This document shows positions 25,694 to 31,959 of a DNA stretch of 31,959 nucleotides, one piece after another. Every line of letters starts with the position of its first letter. Position 1 is the first letter of the stretch. The stretch comes from Chloroflexia bacterium (GTDB taxonomy: Bacteria; Chloroflexota; Chloroflexia; Thermomicrobiales; UBA6265). The stretch spans positions 1-31,959 of the forward strand of contig JACCVE010000325.1 of the NCBI GenBank assembly GCA_013698285.1, given 5' to 3'. The notes beneath the pieces are model-generated. The model had not been told where the DNA came from. It worked only from the letters and a program-made list of their open reading frames with translations, and did no database searches. The position numbers were made by a program, and so were the translations under genes.

Positions 25694-27970
25694 TCAGGTG
25701 GCGAGAGCCGCCAGGTCGGGCGTCAGCACGGTGCGCGGGTCGGCCGGGGGCAGGGAGACGACGAAGGCGGTCGTCACGCCGGGCACGGTCAAAATGTCGC
25801 GCAGGGCGTCGACCGGGATCGGGTCATCGACGTTGGTGACCATGATGGCCTCGCCCCCCCGGGCGTGGCGACCGACCTGCATCCCAGCGATGTTCACGCC
25901 GTGGCGGCCCAGGATGGTGCCGAGGTACCCGATCACCCCCGGCTGGTCGACGTGGTGGGTGATCAGCACATCGCCGGCCAGGGCCCGCTCCAGCGAGAAG
26001 CGGTCGACCTCGGTGATCCCGGCCACGGACCGGTCCCAGGCCACGGTGACGCGGTGGGCCGGGTCGCCCTCTGTCTCCAGGGTGAAGGTGGGCACCCGGT
26101 CGGGATCGGCGTCGCCCTGGATGGTCGCGACGCGTACGTCGCACTCGGCTGCCACCAGAGCGGCATTGACCGGCGTCACCCTCCGGTCCGTCCAGCGGTG
26201 GAGCGCCTCGCTGAGGGCCGCGGCGAGGACGTGGTGGGCGACGTCCTCCGGCACCTGGCCGTCGATGACGAGCCGCACCCGGGCGGGGAGGACCGGTTCG
26301 AGGACGGCGAGCAGCTTGCCGGCCGCCCCGGCGATGGTGGTCAGCCGGCGTAGCGCCGGGGCTTCCAGCGACGCGGGCGGCAGGTTGACGGCATTGGGGA
26401 CGGCCTCCCCCCGCAGCGCGGCCAGCGTCGTGGTGCTGATAACCTGGCCGACCGCCGCGAGGGCCTCGGCGCTGGAGCCCCCGGTGTGCGGGGTGAGGAC
26501 CACGTTGGGCAGCCCGAACAGCGGGCTCGCCACGCAGGGCTCATGGGGGTAGACGTCGACCCCGGCCCCGGCCAGGCGGCCGTCGCGGAGGGCGTCGGCC
26601 AAGGCATTCTGGTCCACCACCTCGCCGCGGGCGCAGTTGAGGACGAAGGCGGTCGGCCGCATGGTGGCGATCGCCGCCGCGTCGAGCATGTGGGTGGTCT
26701 CGGCCGTCTGCGGGACGTGGAAGGTCACCACGTCGGAGCGGGCGAGGAGTTCCCCATAGCCGACGGGGGTGACACCGAGGTCGCGGAACCGGGCCGCGTC
26801 GATGTAGGGGTCGTGGCCGATCAGGTCCATCTCGAAGGCCCGCAGCCGGCGGGCGACGACCGTGCCGACGCGACCCAGGCCGACGATCCCGACCGTCCGG
26901 CCGCGCAGGTCGACCGCGGAAACCTTCTTCCGGGCCCATGCGCCGGCGTGGGTGGTGGCGTTGGCGAACGGGATCTGCCGGGTCAGGGCCAGCAGCAGGG
27001 AGATCGTGTGCTCGCCAGCCGAGACGGCGTTGGCTCCGGGAGCGTTGAGGACCAGCAGGCCCCGTGCCGTCGCCGCCGGGAGGTCGATATTATCGACGCC
27101 GACCCCGGCCCGGGTAATCACGCGCAAGTTCGACCCCGCGTCCATCACCTCCGGTGTGACTTGGGTCTCGGAGCGGACGACCAGCGCGTCGGCACGGGCC
27201 AGGACCGCGAGCAGGGCGGGCAGGTCGGTGCCATCGACGGTGATCAGGTCGGCCCCGGCAGCGAGCGTCGCGTGCGCAGTCGGGTCGATCGCGTCGCTGA
27301 TCACGATCGTCGGCCGGCGGTCCATTGGGTGGTCGCGATAGCCATTGGTCGCGACGGGTTCGAACGCGGCGGACATGGTACCGGTGGCAACCATTCTGGC
27401 CGCGGGGTCTGTCTCGGCTGCCAAGAGAGTATCGATCTCCTGGAGGGACCGCACGGGGCGGATGTTCTCCCCGTGCGGCCCATCGCCCGCTGCCAAGAGG
27501 AAGCAGGGGATCCCGGCGGCGGCGTAGGCCCGGGCATGGCGGGGACTGTCCTCGATGGCCCACCGGCAGCCGTGGGCCTGGGCCACGTTGACCTTGTCCT
27601 CGGTGAAGAAGACATTCACCGGGGGGAACCCGTGCTCGTGAAGCCAGGAGAGGGTCGGCTCGATCGATGCCGGGGGCCGGGCGGTGATGATCAGCACATT
27701 GTCGGGACCTGCTCGTTCGACGACCGAGCGGAGGAACTCGACGGCCCAATCGGCCTTGCGGAGCCGGCGGGCCGGACCACCCTCACCATAGACCCATTCC
27801 CGGACATCTTCGGAAACGTTGAGCCCGGCGCTGTCCACGAAGGCGCGCTCCGGCAGGTCGAGGCCGAAGTGGGCCGAGGCGGCGGTGGCCAGCGCGGCCG
27901 GGTACTCGGTGAGGACGCCATCGAGATCGACGGCGATCCTGCCCAGCGCGGAGAGGGGTGACGACGCCAC
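25694..27970 (-). CDS. serA: D-3-phosphoglycerate dehydrogenase (with ASB and ACT domains) fused to an N-terminal HAD/NT5C-like phosphatase domain
   Basis: PGDH motifs ITRAGVGVDNID, NAPGAN, GIVGLGRVG, NCARG (Arg), DVYPHEP (Glu), TPHTGG (His); ACT domain DQPGVIG..GTILG.HGVNIAGMQVGR. N-terminal DLDGVL...ITAR...EDK...IEDS. Start GTG 27970 (or ATG 27991/27994). Confidence 0.88.
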   Translation of the reverse strand: MASSPLSALGRIAVDLDGVLTEYPAALATAASAHFGLDLPERAFVDSAGLNVSEDVREWVYGEGGPARRLRKADWAVEFLRSVVERAGPDNVLIITARPPASIEPTLSWLHEHGFPPVNVFFTEDKVNVAQAHGCRWAIEDSPRHARAYAAAGIPCFLLAAGDGPHGENIRPVRSLQEIDTLLAAETDPAARMVATGTMSAAFEPVATNGYRDHPMDRRPTIVISDAIDPTAHATLAAGADLITVDGTDLPALLAVLARADALVVRSETQVTPEVMDAGSNLRVITRAGVGVDNIDLPAATARGLLVLNAPGANAVSAGEHTISLLLALTRQIPFANATTHAGAWARKKVSAVDLRGRTVGIVGLGRVGTVVARRLRAFEMDLIGHDPYIDAARFRDLGVTPVGYGELLARSDVVTFHVPQTAETTHMLDAAAIATMRPTAFVLNCARGEVVDQNALADALRDGRLAGAGVDVYPHEPCVASPLFGLPNVVLTPHTGGSSAEALAAVGQVISTTTLAALRGEAVPNAVNLPPASLEAPALRRLTTIAGAAGKLLAVLEPVLPARVRLVIDGQVPEDVAHHVLAAALSEALHRWTDRRVTPVNAALVAAECDVRVATIQGDADPDRVPTFTLETEGDPAHRVTVAWDRSVAGITEVDRFSLERALAGDVLITHHVDQPGVIGYLGTILGRHGVNIAGMQVGRHARGGEAIMVTNVDDPIPVDALRDILTVPGVTTAFVVSLPPADPRTVLTPDLAALAT

Positions 27971-28103
27971 GTGTGAACCCTTCGTAACCATCATCCGGCG
28001 CGAGGCCGGGTGACGGGGGTGAGCGACGTCATCGTCGGGACTGGGCCGCGGGTCGATCCGCCGCCGCCATGCCGCTTGGGGATGCCTTGACGGCGTTTGC
28101 TTG

Positions 28104-28133
28104 AGGGTAGCACCGCCTCCGGTCCGGTCGCAA
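28104..28133 (-). promoter_or_regulatory. Putative sigma70 promoter for serA
   Basis: Minus strand TTGCGA (28133-28128), 18 bp, TACCCT (28109-28104), with the extended -10 TGn present. Confidence 0.5.
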
Positions 28134-28198
28134 CGCGGCGGGGCCACCGGACGCCGACGGACTCCCAGAGTTCGCGCACAAACGGGCGCCGGGGAGGC

Positions 28199-29248
28199 TC
28201 AATACAGCGAGGTCATGTCCAGACGTGGCGCCATGTCGCCGGGCTGGTCGGCCAGGAAGTGGGCCATGTTGGCGATGAACCGGTCGGCCAGCAGCCCGTT
28301 CTCTGACGAGACCGTCGAGGCCGAGTGGGGGCTGATCAGGACGTTCGGCAGTGTCCACAGCGGGGAGTCGGGAGGCAGGGGTTCGACCGCGGTCACGTCG
28401 AGGGCGGCGAACCCGACTTGGCCTGAGCGGAGCGCCGCGACGAGGGCGGGCTCGTCGATCACCGCACCCCGGGCGATGTTGACCAGCACCGCGCCGGGCC
28501 GCATCGTCGCCAACTCCGCGGCGCCGATCATCCCGTCCGTCTCGTCGGTGTGGGGCATTGCCAGGACCAGGGCGTCGCAGCCGGCGAGCATGTCCCGAAG
28601 CCTGTCTGGCGGGAACACCCGGTCCACACCGAGTTCGGCCGCCCGTCCCGGCGCGTCGTGGCGGGCCACCGCGTGGACCCGCATCGAAAACGCGCGACCG
28701 AGGCGGGCGACCTCTCGTCCGATCCGGCCCGGCCCGACGATGCCGAGCGTCATCCCAGCCAGCGAGGCGCCGCAATGTCGTTCCCACCTGCGGGCGCGTT
28801 GTTCCTCGTCCAGGTGGCGAAATCGCTTGACGTGGGACAGGAGGGCGGCGAATGTCCATTCGGCGAGGGGAACCGCGTGGATTCCACTAGCGGTGGTGAC
28901 GATCACGCCGGTCTGGTCGAGGCCGAGGGTGCGGACGCGCCGGCCGACCCCGGCCGAGGTGGTCTGTACCCAGCGCAGGCCCGGGGAGAGGTCCAGCGGC
29001 CCCTCATCGCCGAGCGTCGCCAAGTCCAACGTCACCACCGCCGACCGCAGCAGGTCGCGCCAGCGCCGCTCCTGGTCCGGCGTGCGGCGCCACGCCGGGT
29101 CGCCGGTGTGGTCGGCGGTGAACCGGGGCGCCGGCACGAGGTCCGGGTCGTGCCGGATCTCGATGTCGCTGGGGAATGCTGCCGCGATGCGTTCGATGAG
29201 GTTCGCTTCCAGCGGGGAGGCGATCGCGACGCGGATCGGGTCGGGCAT
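28199..29248 (-). CDS. D-2-hydroxyacid dehydrogenase family protein
   Basis: WVQTTSAGV, GIVGPGRIG (NAD binding), LVNIARGAVID, LDVTAVEPLP, ISPHSAS. ATG 29248 after SD GAGG. Confidence 0.92.
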   Translation of the reverse strand: MPDPIRVAIASPLEANLIERIAAAFPSDIEIRHDPDLVPAPRFTADHTGDPAWRRTPDQERRWRDLLRSAVVTLDLATLGDEGPLDLSPGLRWVQTTSAGVGRRVRTLGLDQTGVIVTTASGIHAVPLAEWTFAALLSHVKRFRHLDEEQRARRWERHCGASLAGMTLGIVGPGRIGREVARLGRAFSMRVHAVARHDAPGRAAELGVDRVFPPDRLRDMLAGCDALVLAMPHTDETDGMIGAAELATMRPGAVLVNIARGAVIDEPALVAALRSGQVGFAALDVTAVEPLPPDSPLWTLPNVLISPHSASTVSSENGLLADRFIANMAHFLADQPGDMAPRLDMTSLY

Positions 29249-29328
29249 GGGCACCTCGTCGGTAGGTCGCGTGGGAACGTCCCCGGGCTCCGTCCGCCGG
29301 TCGCCGGGCAGGGCGCGGGAGTCGGCGG

Positions 29329-29337
29329 TGCTAGAAT
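29329..29337 (+). promoter_or_regulatory. Putative extended -10 promoter for the peptidase-DinB-oxidoreductase run
   Basis: TGcTAGAAT matches TGnTAnnnT about 100 bp upstream of the M24 start. No clear -35. Confidence 0.55.
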
Positions 29338-29436
29338 CACCGGGATTGGCCCGGGTGGCAAGTGTGACCCGGCGAGGCGACCCCGATCCGCCGGACCCTG
29401 CCGGTGGTTCGCGGACATTGGCGATGGGAGGCGGCG

Positions 29437-30552
29437 ATGGCGATGGCCAGCGGCACCGTGGAGCTGGCGACGTTCGAGCGCCGGTTGGGACGGGTCCAAG
29501 CGGATCTCCGGGCGGCGGGTGTCAGCGCGATGCTCGTTGGCCCGTCGTCCGACTTCTTCTACCTGACCGGTCACGACGCGCACGCCAGCGAGCGGCTGAC
29601 ACTGCTCGTGGTCCCGGCGGACGAGAAACCCTTCGCCGTGGTGCCCCGCTTCGAGGCGGTCCTGCTCGGGGAGCGAGCCGACCTCCTCGATGTCCACGCC
29701 TGGCAAGAGACGGACGACCCGATCGCCATCGTCGCCGGGATGCTCGGGATGGGGCCAGGGAGCTTCGCGGTCAGCCAGCAATTATGGAGCACGTTCCTCA
29801 TCGGGGTGCAGGCCGCGATCCCCGGGCGGGACTGGCGGGACGCGACCCCGCTGTTACGGCCGCTCCGGATGGTGAAGGACGATGCCGAGGTGGCCCTGCT
29901 CCGCGAGGCGGGACGGAGGACCGATGTCGCTTGGGAAGCCTTCATCCGGGAGCCCATCTCCGGCCAGACCGAGCGTGAGGCGCTGGCCCGCCTGACGCGT
30001 TTGACGACCGACCAGGGGTTGAAAGTCAACTGGGGTATCTGCGCCAGTGGTCCGAATGCCGCGTCTCCTCACCACCATACCGGGGAGCGGGTCATCGGCG
30101 AGGGCGACGCGGTCGTCTTCGATTGGGGCGGCACCCTGGGGGGCTACAACTCCGACGTGACCCGCACGATCCACGTTGGCGAGCCCGGTGGGGAGTTCCG
30201 GCGGGTCTACGATGTCGTCCGGCGCGCCAACCAGGCGACCCTCGACGCCGTCCGGCCCGGCGCGAGTTGCGCCTCGCTCGACGCCACCGCCCGGGACCTG
30301 ATCACCGCCGAGGGGTACGGCGACGCCTTCTTGCATCGGGTCGGGCACGGTCTCGGACTGGATGTGCACGAGGAGCCGTACCTGGTGGCGGGCAACGACC
30401 TGCCGCTCGAGGCGGGGATGGTGTTCAGTGACGAGCCGGGCATCTATCTCGACGGCCGCTTCGGCGTCCGGATCGAGGACGCGGTGGTCTGTACCGCGAC
30501 GGGCGGCGAGCGGCTCAACGAGGCGACGCGCGACCTAGTGGTCCTGGATTGA
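29437..30552 (+). CDS. M24 family Xaa-Pro dipeptidase/aminopeptidase P-like
   Basis: Creatinase-like N-domain (SSDFFYLTG), PHHHTG, VVFDWG, YNSDVTRT, HRVGHGLGLDVHEEP, FSDEPGIY, GVRIEDAV. SD GGGAGG before ATG 29437. Confidence 0.92.
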   Translation: MAMASGTVELATFERRLGRVQADLRAAGVSAMLVGPSSDFFYLTGHDAHASERLTLLVVPADEKPFAVVPRFEAVLLGERADLLDVHAWQETDDPIAIVAGMLGMGPGSFAVSQQLWSTFLIGVQAAIPGRDWRDATPLLRPLRMVKDDAEVALLREAGRRTDVAWEAFIREPISGQTEREALARLTRLTTDQGLKVNWGICASGPNAASPHHHTGERVIGEGDAVVFDWGGTLGGYNSDVTRTIHVGEPGGEFRRVYDVVRRANQATLDAVRPGASCASLDATARDLITAEGYGDAFLHRVGHGLGLDVHEEPYLVAGNDLPLEAGMVFSDEPGIYLDGRFGVRIEDAVVCTATGGERLNEATRDLVVLD

Positions 30553-30614
30553 CGATTCGCCGGGTACGGCTCTGGTCGCGACGAGGGTCGCGGCCACGAT
30601 GAGAGGGAGACGGG

Positions 30615-31187
30615 ATGCGGGACGTGACACCGGTCCTCGCGGGCCATATGACGATCGAGGATTATGCCGAGGGAATCACGACCGGGGACCTACCCGCGAT
30701 CTCCGGCGAGGTCTACGACTTCTTGACCGAGATCGCGGGACGAGCGGGCGCGGCCGAGATCGCATTCTTGCCGGCGGACGAGGCAGCTTCGGACGGGTCG
30801 GAGACGGGCTGGCGACTGGCCCACGTGATCTGCCACGTCACGGCGGGCCTGGAAGAGGGCGCGGCACTCGCCAGCACGCTCGCCCGGGGCGCGGAGGTGA
30901 CGGGTCGCTCCCGGTTTGAAACCCCATGGGCCTCGGTCCGGACGCCGGACCAACTCCGGCAACGGGTGGCCGAGAGTCGCCGGATGTCGGACGCGTTCCT
31001 CCAGACCTGGCCCGACCAGCCGGACCTCGAGACGACCGACACGCCGGTTCCCCGCTTCGGCCCCCTGAACGCGATCCACCGGCACCTCCTCGGCATCATC
31101 CACGCCGAATCGCACCGGGCCCAGTTGGCGGGCATCCTCGACCAGGCCGCGGCCGCGTCTGTCTCTGGCGCTCGGGCGCGGTCATGA
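30615..31187 (+). CDS. DinB/YfiT-like helical-bundle protein
   Basis: W.LAHVICHV and C-terminal IIHAESHRAQL His pattern typical of the DinB superfamily metal site. SD GGGAG upstream. Confidence 0.72.
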   Translation: MRDVTPVLAGHMTIEDYAEGITTGDLPAISGEVYDFLTEIAGRAGAAEIAFLPADEAASDGSETGWRLAHVICHVTAGLEEGAALASTLARGAEVTGRSRFETPWASVRTPDQLRQRVAESRRMSDAFLQTWPDQPDLETTDTPVPRFGPLNAIHRHLLGIIHAESHRAQLAGILDQAAAASVSGARARS

Positions 31188-31959
31188 CGGCCACGGCCGA
31201 GGTCGTCATCGTCGGGGCCGGGATCATGGGCTGCGCGATCGCCTACTCATTGGCCGAACGCGGCCTATCGGACATCGTGGTCATCGAGCGGGACGCGATC
31301 GCCCGGGGCGCGACGGCCGACGCCGCCGGGGGCATCCGGCAACAGTTTTCGACCGAGACGAATATCCACCTGGCGACGGCCAGTGTCCGCGTCTGGGAGA
31401 CCTTTGCGGAACGGTTCGACGCCGAGATCGGCCTCCGCCAGCAGGGTTACCTCTTCCTGCTCGACGACGAGGCCGAGGCTGACACATTCCGGTCCAACGT
31501 CGCCCTCCAACGGACGTTAGGCGTCCCCTCCCGGTGGGTCGAGCCGGACGAGATCGCCACGCTTAACCCCTACGTTCGCCTCGACGATGTCGTCGGCGGG
31601 ACGTACTGCCCTGAAGATGGCTGGGTCGACACCTACCAGGCGACGATGGGCTATGCCCGGGCCGCCCGTCGCCTCGGGGTCACGTTCCGGGAGGACACCG
31701 CGGTCACCGGGATCACGGTCGAGGACGGCCGGGTGACCGGGGTCGGCACGCCGGGAGGTCCCATCTCCTCGCCGCTGGTGATCCTCTGCGCCGGGCCCTA
31801 CACGCGCCAGGTCGCCGCGATGGCGGGCATCGACCTGCCGATCTCCCCCTCCCGGCGGATGAGTTTCGTCACCGAGCCGTTCGACGGCCTCCCGCCGACG
31901 CTGCCGATGACGATCGAGTTCTCGACCGGGCTCTACTTCCACCCCGAGAGCGGCGGGTT
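31184..31959 (+). CDS. FAD-dependent oxidoreductase, DAO/sarcosine oxidase beta-subunit family (3'-truncated by the window end)
   Basis: My translation from ATG 31184 (ATGA overlap with the DinB stop): MTATAEVVIVGAGIMGCAIAYSLAERGLSDIVVIERDAIARGATADAAGGIRQQFS...QQGYLFL...DGWVD. Open to the window end, so absent from the ORF track. Confidence 0.9.
   Translation, partial: MTATAEVVIVGAGIMGCAIAYSLAERGLSDIVVIERDAIARGATADAAGGIRQQFSTETNIHLATASVRVWETFAERFDAEIGLRQQGYLFLLDDEAEADTFRSNVALQRTLGVPSRWVEPDEIATLNPYVRLDDVVGGTYCPEDGWVDTYQATMGYARAARRLGVTFREDTAVTGITVEDGRVTGVGTPGGPISSPLVILCAGPYTRQVAAMAGIDLPISPSRRMSFVTEPFDGLPPTLPMTIEFSTGLYFHPESGG

Noticed and set aside
1-31959. CRISPR array, tRNA, rRNA or known defence operon
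   Set aside because: No regularly spaced repeat-spacer pattern, cloverleaf or rRNA-like sequence, or recognisable defence gene cluster was seen.

Overview
A GC-rich (roughly 70% by eye) bacterial chromosomal segment with 24 supportable protein-coding genes, mostly housekeeping or catabolic. They encode a PAS histidine kinase, a ScyD/ScyE-type propeller, LpdA, a cupin, PPK1, a membrane sulfite-oxidase-family molybdoenzyme, FtsH, a GGT-family enzyme, two M24 peptidases, a lipoprotein, a tyrosine recombinase, a receiver-like protein, an MMPL transporter, LLM and PPOX-class oxidoreductases, an MFS transporter, SerA, a 2-hydroxyacid dehydrogenase, a DinB-like protein and a 3'-truncated DAO/sarcosine-oxidase-family gene. 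A Chloroflexota (Thermomicrobiales-like) origin is a soft inference from protein style, such as the SPxASP linker. I saw no rRNA, tRNA or CRISPR array. Four things stand out. (1) A 163-bp non-autonomous transposable element (MITE) with perfect 18-bp terminal inverted repeats and a 10-bp target-site duplication. (2) A fusion of a T7-endonuclease-I-like PD-(D/E)xK domain to an HPRT domain whose catalytic residues are lost, lying tail-to-tail with ppk1. (3) A SerA with an apparently intact N-terminal HAD/NT5C-type phosphatase domain. (4) An LpdA with a remodelled NAD-binding loop. All family assignments come from motif recognition, not database searches, and several start codons are best guesses from Shine-Dalgarno spacing.
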